Positions 26,470 to 40,810 of a stretch of DNA of 64,000 bases are shown here, piece by piece; the stretch's first letter is position 1; the number at the start of each line of letters is the position of its first letter. Below the pieces are notes generated by a model. It ran no database searches, was not told the origin of the DNA, and saw only the letters and a program-made list of their open reading frames with translations. The translations under genes and the position numbers were made by a program. Source of the stretch: Carcharhinus longimanus (lineage: Eukaryota); the NCBI GenBank assembly GCA_030264375.1, contig JASCQW010000032.1, positions 40,391,032 through 40,455,031 on the forward strand, written 5' to 3'.

Positions 26470-26545
26470 AGTTGGTTGTTAAGTACTTTGGGCCGTCTTG
26501 GGGACGTGAAAGGCGCTAGGTAAATGCAAGTTGTTTTTTTTTTCT
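26470..26545 (+). mobile_element. DeuSINE-type 3' tail inside the HoxD3 intron
   Basis: TAAGTACTTTGGGCCGTCTTGGGGACGTGAAAGGCGCTAGGTAAATGCAAGTTGTTTTTT resembles the SacSINE1-like tail. Confidence 0.55.
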
Positions 26546-27564
26546 TTGGCATATGCGGTAAATACTGTTTGCCGAATCACGAGGTTGTCTATTCACTGAC
26601 TCCTTCGGAGTTTCCAGCAAAAATTTCAGTAACGTCATAAACGAACAATTTCACATGGAATCATTTTAAATAAAAACATTTATCTCGAAATATTGACCCA
26701 TAATTTGGAATGTGACAATTGTGCCATATTGTTTCCCAGATTGCAGTTCAATTGGTATGAGGAGATACCCACCTTAAAACTGGTGAACAAACTCATTCCG
26801 AAGAAAATATTACGGAGAAGTGGAAGATTATTTTTTTAGAAAAAGAGTAGTTGGAAAGTCAAACGCTTGATATTATGTTATCATGCAGTGCAATGATTAG
26901 TTGACTCGATGCGTATTTTTGTTTAGCGTGCAAGTTGAATGGGTGTTTAGTTATTCTCATCTGGAATACAGTTGCTAGTCCCCACAAGGATACAATGAGA
27001 AGATGAAACATGTTCCCATTAGAAGTATTTCCATCATGTACCATACTTAGATCATATGAACTCGAACATCTGCATTTCCAAGCAATGTGAATGAGCAGAA
27101 AAATAAAATGAGAGATACAATCAACTTAAATTATATGTAAAGGAGATATAAACACATTCTTGAAATAATTCTACTTCAATAGATTCTGCTCCGTCAAGGG
27201 CAAAGTCCACAGTGATAAAATAAGAGTATTTGAGCCGCCTGCAATAATTGCGTGTATTAGGATTGCGCCATGTGACATTAGAGAATCAGAGAAGGGCCAG
27301 CCTATTGTTTCAGGCATTTCCTTCTTTCCCTCATCAACCCTTCCGGAATGTGCCAAGTTACTCAAGCAGTCACTTAGGATTCAATGACTTACAAATTACA
27401 AAAATGTTTACGAAATGCCCTGAAAAGATGTAATGATCCCTTTGCTCTCCCCAACATTGGAAAGTCCATTAGAGGGAAATACTCCCACCTTGGTGAGACT
27501 GTTTGGTAAAATTGTTAAGACTATTTGTGATTCAAAGTTGAAAAAGTGAAGTTCTGAAGGCTAC

Positions 27565-28048
27565 CTGCAACTGGGCAGTTGTTTTTCTGCTTGGCATTTT
27601 GGCGAGACTCTTTCATCCAGGGAAAGATTTGCTTGGTGAGAGTAGCAGCTGGGCTGGCTGAAGAATTGGAAATAGACTTGGCTCTTTTCTGTGATGAGGT
27701 GTTGCTTGCATTGGGTGAGGGTGGTAAAGGAGGTGGCTGCTGTGGCTCATTGATGGTTGGGGGCTGGGCAGTGCCCTGGCTGCCACTTGTTCTCATACAG
27801 TTGCCATTTATATCGGTAGGCTTATGGCTTGGGGCTCTAACACCGGATGTCTGAATGGGGCACGTCGAACTTTGATAATCATTTTCAACAGATGATGGCT
27901 GGTAGGCCTGGTGGCTAGAAGTGTAGCTGTATGCGTTGGTCTTTTGGTAGGAGTAACCGCCGAATATTCCGGAGTTATCGTAGTAAGTCGCTTTTTGCAT
28001 CTCGCTATTTCGAAATGATAGGGTCTTAACACCCTTATCGAATAGCAT
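27565..28048 (-). CDS. HOXD3: Homeobox protein Hox-D3, exon 1 (alternative start MQKATYY at 28000)
   Basis: [52 protein letters not shown]; donor CAG|GTAGCC, phase 1. Confidence 0.94.
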
Positions 28049-28061
28049 TGACACCTCCGAT

Positions 28062-28083
28062 CACGTGGCACTGTCACGCCAAT
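28062..28083 (-). promoter_or_regulatory. HoxD3 proximal E-box + CCAAT module
   Basis: Plus strand CACGTG-N11-CCAAT just upstream of the first ATG. Confidence 0.55.
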
Positions 28084-30496
28084 CACAGGTCTGCAGCAGT
28101 CCTTGAGGTTATGAGGCAAAAGACAATAATGGTGAAACATTAGGAACTCATAATTCAGCGTGAAAAACATAAACGGCGGCCCATAAATAAAATCTCATAT
28201 CACATCCGTCAGCAGAATTTGAGTTTCCCTTCTTCTATGAATTACTATTTTACTATTTTACGAGATAATAAGCTGCTGAAATGTAACATAAATTACTCGA
28301 CAACTTCTGTAAGACATTTATATCTTTACTAGGTGTTTATGTGTTGTTACCTTCCAAAGAATTAGCTTCAATTTGTAAACTCGGGAAGCGATTATTTTCA
28401 GGATATATAGAAAACATCTATAGTTCAAACGATCTGCAATGTATTGCTGTTGCATTCTTCTTCGATGGCAATTTATTAATATTTCAATGCACAATGTATT
28501 ACTCTTTTATTAATACCTACCTTGGATATGACTCTTCTATAATTATGCTATCTTGATTTTTAACAAGACATAATTATTTAGCAGTTAAGAAATATAATAA
28601 ACTTCTGAAATGCTTCACATCACATGGAAAACAACGGGTTTTATGCTAAGGCTTTATTATTCCATAGACTCAAAACAGTGGAAGTCAAAGAACGCTAAAA
28701 ATGTCCCAGTCATGCTTGACAGAAGTGGACTTCGGTGGGACACACAGTGCTATTCCAGCTGGCTTCACTGATTGAGGCCATTTTTATAATGGTGAGAAAC
28801 AAAAAGGCCCCTCTCAAAAAGAACGAAAAAACCACAGTCACAGGCGACTTGTTCGCCTGCAGCATTTGCTGGGGGTACAGACCGTTTTATTCTGTGATCT
28901 AGACAGTGTTACACAAGACATGATGGATCGAACCAGTTTTAAAAGCTGAAAAACCAACGAAGTGTTCCCTCGCCATTGTTGGTTTCTTTTTCTTCAACGT
29001 AAGCGAGGTTTGTGTGAAGGGAATGCCTTGCTTTCTGTTACATCTCTCTGCTTTATGACAGAGGGCAGGCAGTTTAGTTAAAGTATAACTAGCATCTATT
29101 CAATCGTTTTGTTCTAATTAAAACAGAGAAATAAGCAAGTCAGCATTTTACATCTACATTCTGCTGCTTGCGTCGGTTTTAGTTCATGCAGCCATCTGCA
29201 AAATAGCAGATATTACGGGACAAAATTATCTCTTTGGACATATCTGTGAAAAATATCAGCGTAGTAACCTAAAACAAAAAAGCGAGTAAAAGCGTGTTTA
29301 GCCTTTAGTAACTGGCAATCTTTCTTAGATAAATGTTCGTAACATAAGAATCGATTTGAAAGAATGGAGATCAGACTCTTGCAGTTGTAACAATAGTTGT
29401 CTGAAAACACTATATTACATATAAACTATTTAAAAATCATATTTTTCCAATTTATGTACTGTCTGCAATTTGATGACCCTATCACAAAACTGCTAATCCT
29501 TCTTTCCGTAATTGTGAATTTATTATTAAACCAATCGTCTTTTATTTCTCGCAAGCTCTGGATCAATTATTTATTAACTGTGTTCAACATAGTGAGGGGA
29601 CTCCCTAGTAAGTGCATTTGTGCTGAAATGAGGGGCTCAGCAATAAAGCCGAATTTTTTGATTGAAATATGGCATCTTGTGCCCCGAGTTGAGGTTGCCT
29701 ACGCGATTTGTCAAACTAGGAGGTTATTTCTGTGTCTGGAATTAAATGATCAAAAACGAGGGTTAAAACAAATCATTGTGAAATATACTGGAACCGTTAC
29801 ACGAAAATGATTGGCCGGTATTTTAAGTCTTAAGTACGATACCTTGTCTGCAAAATCATTTAAATAAAGCGTATACCCGTATAAACCGTCACAAGCATTG
29901 GACGTGTGACTTATCTGCTACTACATCACGTCACAAATAGATTTTCGATTCATTTAGAAAAAGCCTTCAGCCATACAGGACTTGACATTCTAATGAAATA
30001 TGAGTTTATGATCTGCGGCCTCCAAAGTAGCAGTCAGGCACACGTGCACATTTCAGCTGTTTCTTCACGAAAAAAAAGTCAATGTTTTGCTTTCCTGCCC
30101 TATGTTGTTTGTTTCTGTGTTTCGTGGCATTTTCTTTTCTTTTGTTATTCTTCTTTCACCTCCTATCCATGCGCGCGCCATTCTAGTTTCATAATTTTGG
30201 CATTATATTGCCGCCTTTTACTTAGCTATTTATCTGAAATTTAATTGCAAATCTGCTCAATCACTCCCCACCCCCTCCTATGCCTATCTAATCTGTGTTA
30301 TGTGTAAGAGATAAGGAAGTAACTCAGTATTATTTACTGCCACGGGATCTGAACCTACGCCATTGCAGCCAGCCCCTTCGATTGTAGTGGATTTGAAGGC
30401 GCTATCTTCAGAATATCAAAACTAACATTAATATTAAGGTATTGTGAAAAGGTTGTGGTGAAGCGGCAGATCTGGTTCAGAAACACCAACTGCTTG

Positions 30497-30513
30497 TGAA
30501 CTCTGTTTGAACC
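30497..30513 (-). promoter_or_regulatory. DR5 RARE upstream of HoxD3
   Basis: Minus strand GGTTCA-aacag-AGTTCA, 2.45 kb 5' of HoxD3; a Pbx/Hox-type TGATTTATGG lies ~20 bp away. A DR5 of this type is known 5' of group-3 genes. Confidence 0.8.
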
Positions 30514-33500
30514 TAAATCGCAGCCACGGGCCATAAATCATTTGGACAATGGTCAACTGTTTCTGCGTTCATCTTTCAGATCTTTCTTACCTTACATGTT
30601 TTCTTTAAATGCAAGGGTGCATCACCTAATACAAAGATTTGATAAGTAACACCTTGTTCTGGACCATCACCCTTTATTTTTGGTGCGTTGTTGAATACAT
30701 TATCTGCATCTGCCGGGCCCATGGCGCAAAATAATGCCAAAAATTATTAAACACTCTTGGCCAACATAAATGGCGAGTTTCCCTGCAACATTAATGGAAA
30801 GTAGAAGGGCGAAAGAGGCACCAGTGACACATGCACCATGAAAGGATTGAAGTCATGGGTTAACTTTCCATCTTCCTTTCTCCTAGGTTTCAAATTCGTC
30901 TGACAGCGTGTTACAAAAGTCAAACTGCTTTAACACATACTTGAGTAAATAGTAAAGCTACATCGTTAGTAATATGTGTTTCCTTGTGTGCTCTGGTTCG
31001 CTATTTTGTGTCACATGTACTGTTTTATTTGACCATGGCCAGACAACTGAAGAAACAGTTTCTATCGTTGAACTAGCAATCAAATTCCGTTTTCTTTTGT
31101 TTTCAATTTAATCTTAACAGAGTAGTCTAAGAATGTAAAAGCCAGCTACAAAGGTGGGCAGTTCGTCGTTATTAAGGAGCTAGAGCCCTCACAGTGCATA
31201 TCAATGCACCTGTCATTGTGTGCTACGCAAAATTTATGACTGCTAGTGCTATGGTCGTAAACGCTTCACTACAGAATGAAAAGGAAAACACTTCCAAAGA
31301 CTTGCTATCTTCAGAAGTGCAAAACAGTTACAGCGTAGGAGGAAAGACCAGAAAAAGAATGCCCAGACTCCACAAGTTTCTTATCTACGAGGCGTTTCGC
31401 CAACTCTTGCAGGATTTTATATAAACCATTGAAACTTGCCAGGAAATTTGAAATACGGCTCAGATCGCAAGCTTTCCACATCTAGCAGAAGCGCGTGGCT
31501 GGAGCGGGAGGAACTGAAAACTGTCTTTGCTAAACGTCAGCTGGGATCCAAATTTGAAATCAAAGGTTTGATTTCAGGTATGAAGCCGGGAGAAAAAGGC
31601 GATCAAACAGCACAAGAAGCTTTTCACTTTTACTTTGTGTCTGGCAGGCGTTTTCAATGTAATTTTATTCGTTATATACGTCAGCTATTTTAAACTGTAA
31701 CGAGTTCTACACTTTCTCAGAACTTGCTTAACCATGTGATGTATTTTGTTAAACATCCTACACGAAAATTTGTTGCCTTCGGCCATTGCGCTCCAGAAGA
31801 AGCAGATTATTCTTGGGACATGGCAATGTTGATTATGTTTATACTTTGAGGATCAGTCCTGGCAGAGGGACCTGTTCCTATTTCAGTTTGCATCTCATCC
31901 AATCTCTTCCAAAACGGTGCTTGATTCCTAAATTGTGGACATCGAAGAACTTTATTTTGAAAATGGAATGGCCTGTCTAGAAAAATAATTCACGATTTGT
32001 AGGTAAAGGCAACAGGGTCTCCATCCCTAAACCAAATATTCATCCGGTTTCAGGTTTTAACCTATTTCATATGAGGTCTTTCATTCTATCTAGAGTAAGT
32101 GGGATAAACGCGCTCATTGTGTAGACTATAACGGTTGAACAGATTGTACGGTTCCTCAATCCAATTCACAATCCATTTTTGTGTTTTATCCAGAAATCGT
32201 ACTCCTGTTATACAACCCAATTAACTTGTAAACTAGGCACAGTCCGAACAGTCGGTCTCTCGTGGAAGTGCGATATGTGTTGCAAAAAGGGAGAAAAAGG
32301 GATGGAACAAAAATGTGGAGTTGAGACTGAGTGAGAAAGATTAAAGGTCCGACGTCAAATTAACTGGATGGAATATTACAGCTCAAAGGAAACATTCCAA
32401 TACTTCGTCAAACGTGTCTCCATTAAGATTTAACGAAACGCACCCAGGTTTACATATTGGTTAGAAACATTCCTCATTCTGAGCATTAAAATTTGCCATG
32501 AAGTGATTAGCTTAAGTACGATCTCTTTCCCGTTTTTAATTGTACTGGTTCTTTCGTAGGCCTTAATGGTCCATTGCATAGACGTGTTACCACGACGCAG
32601 ATTCAATTTATCAGAATCACAGATTATTTTGCAAAAGCATTGAGTTCTAGCACAGAGAAGAAACAGATTCTTAATAGGCGTAATAACAGGCACCAATAAG
32701 GAAACTCAACGATCACCTCCCTGCCTGTTTAAATAATGAATTTCGTTTCTTCTATATGTGTTCCAGTAGTTAAGACATAAAACCATGAACTAAATCCCCA
32801 GGGGTAAATTTCATTTACTGATTGACCAGAACACCAGATTCTGCTACAAATGGGAAGGAGTGAAAAGTATAAAAACTCACCACCGATTTTTTTTCTATCT
32901 TCTTTTGGTTGGATTGGATTTGGAATCTGTCCAGATTGATCAGAGGGCACGGGTTTTGTTCTGAAAGCAGAAAATGTAATTAAATACTTTCATCGACACT
33001 AATATAATTTCTCTATATCCTATATATTTTAGGTCACCTTATTGACTGCTATCAAACAAAGAAGTGAAAGGACCTTGCAACGGGCCGCTAAGATCCATTT
33101 CTGACTGTGGACAATGTATTTCTTTGTTATTTACATAAAATGCGTGGAAAAAAACAATGTTTCCTTGTGAGCTTTAATCAAATGGCTTCGTGATTTGGTT
33201 ATTTTTTTAAAAAAGAAAAGAATGTTAACTTGCTTTGTTTCCGAAATTAGAAATTGGATACCACTAAATAGCAATGCTACATGATTAATGAGTTGAGCTG
33301 CATTGTCAGTGAATTTAAAAAGGAGGGAAGAAAGGGTTAAATAAATTTAAAGTCGGTAAAGATTATGGTAGGGCATTTGGCTTCTTAAAAAAATGCCGAA
33401 GAACCGCCTCCCGAGAATCTGAATACACAACAACAAATCATTCTTTTCCAGCGATTTTCATAATCCAAATTGTTATTGCGGAAACATGAAGCTATTAATA

Positions 33501-36500
33501 GCATCAAGCATTTCAGATCGGAACTTCAATTTAAAGTACCAGAAATGTGCCTCGAGGGTGGGCTTATTACCCAATGAACATGATATTTTGGGGCCTACTG
33601 CACTTGGTCGGGAAATAGATCGTTCAGTGGGGCCCTTTCATGGAAAATGGGCCTGAACGGAGCAGTAAATAAGAATCACACTTTTATATCATGCAGTCTC
33701 TTGGTTTCCTCGAACTCACTCCAATCCACATTTTGCAGATTGCCAATATTAACATTCTTCATAATAAAAAAGGCGTCTATTTCTTTTCCAGATGAAGCTT
33801 AAATCTGTGCGTTTAAGCAGAAACTACCACCGTTGTCGAACATTTTATAGCCAGCTAACCTAACAATACAAATATGGAGGTTAGCAAGAAAGGGCCTGGC
33901 GCCATATATAAAGTTCATGAATAATGTATTATATTGACAGGCGGTTATGCTTTGTCATTGGGATACCAAACATCATGTAATATTTTATATCGATCAGGCA
34001 GGCTCATAATGCTCGCTATAAAGAGTTTGGTTATACAAAAAAAGTAACTAAAATACAATAACACAACACGGCCGAATCCCCCAAACTTCAAATCAATCTA
34101 CAAGAAGCAGATAGGAGGTGAAACGAAGCTGAAGTCAGGCAGGAACTGCATTTCAGGGAATGTTATATCAATTCAAAGCACATGCTTTACATTTGAAAAT
34201 ATATTTAAGAAAAAAAAACAACTGTGGCCAGATCAGAGGGACAAAGAAATCGCCGTCATTAGATGACAATATGTAAGAATCATAAGGCTTTGAAATGACC
34301 TTTGGCTTGTACAGCAATAACTCACCACTTAATGAACAACGAACGGAAGCGCCTCCACTACCTCACAATACAGCCCATCACACAACTTCACCATGGCTTT
34401 TCTATCCCTCTTTAATCCCACTAAGACGCAGCACTTTGCAAACTAGTCTCTCCAACTTGTGTCTATATAGTTTGAAGTTCGAAGAGGATCCAAATCACAG
34501 ACGGCAAGGCATCGCGTCCTCGGTCCAATGCCTCCCACCATAATGTGTGTAATGTATTCACGTGGCCATACGTCAATTTAAAAGGTTTTATTTCTCAGTA
34601 ATCACTGGAAGTAAATTAAGTATTTGCAGGGCAAAGTCGCTACTTTTCCAGAAAGCAAGAACATTCGGCAAGCTTTAAACACTTGGCTGCTTTCAAACAG
34701 TTACTGATAACTTAAGTGTGCTCAGCTATGACCTGGACGGTAAGTTTTTAAACATCTTATTGATTTCGCAGCAGTGTAAAAGAGCTCTCAAACTATCATC
34801 CTAGAAGTTAGAAGCAGAATATCCGTGTAAAATAGAGTGGGCAGAATGAATACGTCGGAAAGTTCTGGAAAACTTTTCTTGTCACTTTCTTAAATTGTTA
34901 AACTGATTTTAAGAACGATGCCTTGTTTATTACTTTCAGTGTCTCCCAAAACATAGTGCAGCACAAGCCATGAATCCAGGGCGGTTACTGTACATGGTNN
35001 NNNNNNNNNNNNNNNNNNNNNNNNNNNNNNNNNNNNNNNNNNNNNNNNNNNNNNNNNGAACGTTGATGGTTACCATGACGTGAGCCGAGGAGAGGTTTAT
35101 TGAAATTTTAGGTGAAGTTATAAATGAGTGGCCCCATCGAGCAAAATGAAATGCTACTCAGAGTAATTGGATTCAGCTGACTAACATGGCAGCCCAGCAG
35201 CTTCGAGGCATGCAGCAATGAAAAATGCTCCACGCACAAGTTTTTACCGAGCAAAGCACGTATGCAGACTGCAAAATGACGTTTATGTCTGTGGACATTC
35301 GGAGGAAAATGCACAAATCTGCATGCGAGTAATGTAAATTTGGATAATTTATATGTTTACATTGAGAAGAAAAACGAAAAGCCCTCTGTTATTAATATTC
35401 AGATTACAGCGAATAGTACTATTGTTATATGAACTTAAAATTGAATTTCTGAAAGAAACAATTTGAATCATATTCCCGATCCTACCTTAGATTAACTTCA
35501 GACCAGCGTGTTATGTACAGTAATAGCATTAAGATATGTCTAAAAGTAGGAATTATTATTATACAACTGGAAAATAGTACAGTTGCATACTTAATAGCAA
35601 TTAATAAGAGTAATTGAATGCGTTTCTAGAACTGAAAGAGAGAAAAAAAACAAGTTAACATTAAAAATTTAGAATCTACTGGAACAAGTTCGCCCACATA
35701 CCAGGATTTACATATGATGATTTCGTTTTTGAAATTTACCCAAATTGGTTAACTGTAAGAGCATCACTACAAAAATATTGTCCAGTGATTATCTTCTGAC
35801 ACGATTGTTGAGTTAAAATGATATTGATATTTATTTAACATGTAAATACATTTTAAAAATGCGGATATGGTGATTTCCTAGAAATTCACAAATAGTTTTC
35901 CTTGAAGGACAATAACATTAATTGAGAAATAATTTATACAGGCTGCTGCAATAACTTTAGCCCGCAATATATTTCTGAAGCGCATAAATCAAAGAAGACT
36001 GCAGCCTGACGATAAGCTAGAGACAACAAATTAATGTGATTTACGATCTAAGTTTGCTAGTGACAGTTTGAAAAGTTCCCTGGGTTTCTGTGTCTTTTTA
36101 TTTCGTTTTCCTTTTACATAAAACTGCAGAATCAGCTAAAATGCGCCACAAGACAAATCTGGGACTGCTCTGGATTGTCCGATCTAACCTTTCTCAAATT
36201 GCGCACTTTGGTGAAGGAGCAAATGTTTCTTTCCTCTATAAATCGCCATACTTTGCTACAAAATCAGGTTCCTGGTTTGCTTCTCAAATGGAAACAATGC
36301 ACTAGCTTGTCTCAGAATTTCATACAATTTGGCATGAATAATATACCCTCTTGCTGAAGGCATTATCCAAACCTACTACTAAAGGTTCATATTATCATAC
36401 GATTGCTTACCTGTGTGTCAATTTATCATAAATCTATGCTTCTCAAACTCAATTTCTTAGCCTGCAGCTGCGAATAATATCCTGCGCCGTTTGTCTGGAG

Positions 36501-39500
36501 ACAGTGCTGTCTTAAACCAGATCTTGCGGTTTTGCAGACATTTCGATACGAAATGCAGACGGTATTCCCGATAGAAATGGCTTCAGTCTCAGGGACAACT
36601 ACCAATAAAAACGGCGTACAGAGATGCATTAGCTTTTAGATCTAAACCGAGACTTTAGAATCGAGCATTCGACGAGGAAATGGTATTGATAAACCGGTAG
36701 GTATTCCTTTAAAAAAGTTGCAATTTATGAATTTTATAGTGCAACGGATACCTTTTATAATCAGAAAATATAGGCGCTGCCTCAAGATACAGGCATATTT
36801 GTTCACGTGATCTGTGTTACCAGATTGTTCTGATTGAGCCAGTAAGTTGAGCCAGCGCTACCTCACTAACATCTATTTAATATGGATTGTTTGGTGCTTT
36901 GAGTCACTTCTTACATTAACGCTAATGAAGAGCTGAATGAAAATTAAATATTCGGTGTTGCATTTGTAAAAGCATTGTGAGGTAGCGTCTTTCAGAACAG
37001 TACCACGTTCACTAAATTGAACAATAGATTTGTATTTTATTGCCTTTTCATAGCCTCTAGGCTGCAGGCTGCTTATCATTCCTCCTGGTGTATTGAGTTG
37101 ATTAGTGCACTCATTTACTTAATCTAACAAGTATTACTTTTGGAAGAATCGGATTCTGTGTATATGTACATATATTTACATTGTATATGACCAAGGCAGC
37201 GTATTTATATGAAACACTTCATCTGGTTTAAAATATTTTAGTATTTTGAAAACAATATACATCTATAGGTCTCAAAACCAACACAAAGCTGAGAGTAAAA
37301 CGACAAAATATGTAATGAAACGACAACAAACAAGGTTAAATGTTGTGGGGTGATCACATAAATATCTGGCGAATGAATTGGACTTCCTATTAATCCCGTT
37401 CAGGTTTGGAATTAGTTGAGAGAAACCGTTAAAGAAATGCTGCAGCAGATACGATTTCTGTGAAACTCAATCTCTCTCCTTTCCAGGAAGAGAAATTAAT
37501 CATCGTTGGTAACTGCAGTTTTATGCAATGAACTTGATGTCTGTGGACTAGGAATTAATGTGGCATTTTCCCTTTCTCTTTCAGGAGAAGCAGTTTAAAT
37601 CACAAGGACCAGTGACAATGTCTAGTTACACAAACGTCTCACAAAGCCAGACGTTGAATGTCGTTTCATTTAATCTCTGTTAATATTATGTATTTACCCC
37701 CGACAAATGTTTTGTGAAATATAATGTTTTTGGTTAGGGAAAATTAATTTCCAGTAACATTCTATCGAATTGCTTAATATTTCTGTTAAATGTTACTTCC
37801 AACTGCTCTTAATAACTGAAACATTTGTCTGTAATTTAATAGCAATAAAAAACATTTCTATTGACAGTAATGCATGACCTTATTGCACCTAGCGCTGGCT
37901 TAACGCAACATTTATCTAAATTACTTTACCCTCTGTGGCTTATATGGTCGTTATAAAAATATTGCTTTGCAATTACTGCATTATAAATTATTTAAAAGAA
38001 AATAAGGCTTACATCTCAATGTTTAACTAAGGCGTCACTTTCGGTCAAAACCTATGTTGAGCGAATTCGAAAGTCTGTTTTGACGATTTTTCAGAATATA
38101 GCGATTGTTGTAGGGCTTTGTAAAACAGATAAATCTTTTGTATCTTTCAAGTTATCCACGTTTGCGACTTTTAAGTAATCACTGTTATAGTATTCTTCGA
38201 TCCCAAAATTGTAAATAGACCATTTTATTACGCAAGATTTCCCTTCTCTGATAATTTTATGAGGAGACTAAGATGAAGCAACTAAGTGTTAATGCTTGCC
38301 ACTGTGGGAACTCAGCTTTACGTGGAATATAATCAAATGGGGACCTGAAGACGGCTTCGACTGCAGCATATGTTCATACAGCAATAAAAAGAAGAGATTT
38401 ACAATCTTCGCCTGGACTCAGCAGCCTTTCAGGAATTACTGGTAGTGATTTATAACAGAGGAAAATTGTTGANNNNNNNNNNCCCCCAACAACAACTTTC
38501 TTCCTATTTAATGAAAAAGTTGTAATTAAAGCGTTTTCATTTATTCGTGTCTGCCTAGTTCTTCGCTGGAGTGGAATTTAACGGTAGATGACACTGAGTT
38601 GAAGTGAGAGTCGGCAAAAGAGTAACTTGGCGGTACGACCGCAGCTTTGTCATCAGGAAAACAGCGCTGCATTTGTCATCGGCGAATAACTGACTTAATA
38701 GGTTATTGTTTTAATGCATAATTTATTAAAAAAGGAAACGAGCGTTGACTTTACACACGTGACGACAGCACAAATTCAATTTCCAGAAGTGTTTTGTGAC
38801 AAAAGCAACGGAAGCAATAAATGCCGAGGTTCATTTTGTAAAATATCTCCAATCAATTGAATAAAATCTTTTTTCAAAAGATATCTGCATTTGCCACAGT
38901 AATGTATGCAGTTTAATTACACTTTTAGAAAGAGGTTTAGGAACTGAGCTGTCATGATATGCCACTCCGATGCTACAACTACAACTTAGGTTAAGGTCTG
39001 ATATTACTGTTTCACTTTATACCTTAAAATGTTGACTTGCATTTGTTTTTAACCTTTACCACAATAATAAAACTTTTGCACATTATTGTTAAACGGCCAA
39101 CAATAAAAAGCTAGATTATGCTTGTACTTTATTGTGTTGTATTATCTATATTATACATGTGAGGCATACTTTAATACGACATCCTATTATTATCATACTA
39201 ACCTCAAATCAGCAAATCAGAATAGAACCATTTTATTACATTATAACATGTACCGACAGTGAAAACACAGTTTGTTCCTGTTCTGGGTAGAAATCACAAC
39301 CATTTATTATTTAAATGAGTCAAGCACGCTCTCCCAGTTTTGTGGATAATCATTTAACAGACTGCTATAGAAAAAACAAAAACTCACTTTCTGTCAAATC
39401 AAATCCCCATAGGTGCAAAGGAGACATTTGTTTCATCTTTTAAAGCAAAACATCTATTAAAAAATGAAGCACCAAACGCTCATGAATATAGTTTCTGTAG

Positions 39501-40619
39501 ACTTGGGTACCTGCAATTGTTCTAGTTGAATCTCATTTACAAACTTTCCATTAGATCTCAAAGAAAACAAAATATATGACTCGTGGTATTCAATATAAAC
39601 TCAGGCCTCTATTTCACTGTGTACAAATAGGCAGCAGATGCCATGACAGCCGGCATTGTTTGCAATAAAGCACAACTAAACCGTAAAATCTACGCCATTT
39701 CATGACACTCAACTACGCCTTAATAATAATCTCATCGCAGCCTTACTAACATTTACCCCACCTCCAAAATGCAGCCGGTACAAATTTCTGCATCTGAAGT
39801 TTATCATGGTTGTTCCAAAATGTTAAAGCTAATCCGAATAGAAGGTCAGTATATCTGCCTACTACAACTTATGACTGTCGCCTGGTAGCACAGAGTAAGA
39901 AGCAAAGGGCGCTATTCATCAAATATATATGACAGTTACATTCATTTGCTATCTTAGCAGAAACAAAACTAAAATTGTTTACCTACCAAGCTTCCATTTT
40001 TCAGTTTCTGGCAACGAACCACAACAGCAAAGTGAAATAGCGGACCATTTGTATATAATATTCTTGGGATCTGTTCACTTTTCAAGTGTGATAGAGTCCT
40101 TTGCTTGGCCGATTAATGACGACGCCGTGTTTCTTTCGGGACGTACTGCATTAATTATTTAGTAAATCACGTGGCCGAATCAAATATAAAAGGATACATA
40201 AAATCTTGCCACCTCTTCTGGACATAATCATAAAATGTATAAGTCTTTACCATTTGAGAAATATTTGGTTGGTAAATATGTTTTAAAATTCTAAAGGGAA
40301 AGACTAACAAATATGGCTGTTTAGTAGCGTTGGGTTGCATCAGCTTTGTCCCATTTTGAATGACCAGCCTATGGCATGGTCGGATTGACTCTTTGCCTTC
40401 CTTTCAGCTGTTTCTCTTTCCAGGCTAGGAGCAAAATAACGGGGCAGTGTACACATAACAATAACAATTCAGTGAACATTCCTCATTTAAGTTTAAGTTT
40501 ATTCCGATTTGTTCCATGAAACTAAATATTTAAATTATTTCAATTTTAAGGAAGTCAAATCATAAAAAGTGGGTCTTTAATGTCCGTATTTGTCCCTTAA
40601 ACATGCATGGAGCTAAATA

Positions 40620-40810
40620 AATGCGTGTACAAAAAAGTATGCATTTACATTATCGCATATGCACCCATGCATATATACATACACACATACATCAATACAT
40701 ATACCGTGGCCATATCCACATATGTACACATACACATGTACATACATGCATATACATAAATATATACTCATGCATGAAAAATAGATATATACATACAAAC
40801 AACACACAGC
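40620..40810. repeat. Degenerate (CA/TA/CATA)n low-complexity tract
   Basis: ATACATACACACATACAT.. purine-pyrimidine alternation. Confidence 0.85.
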
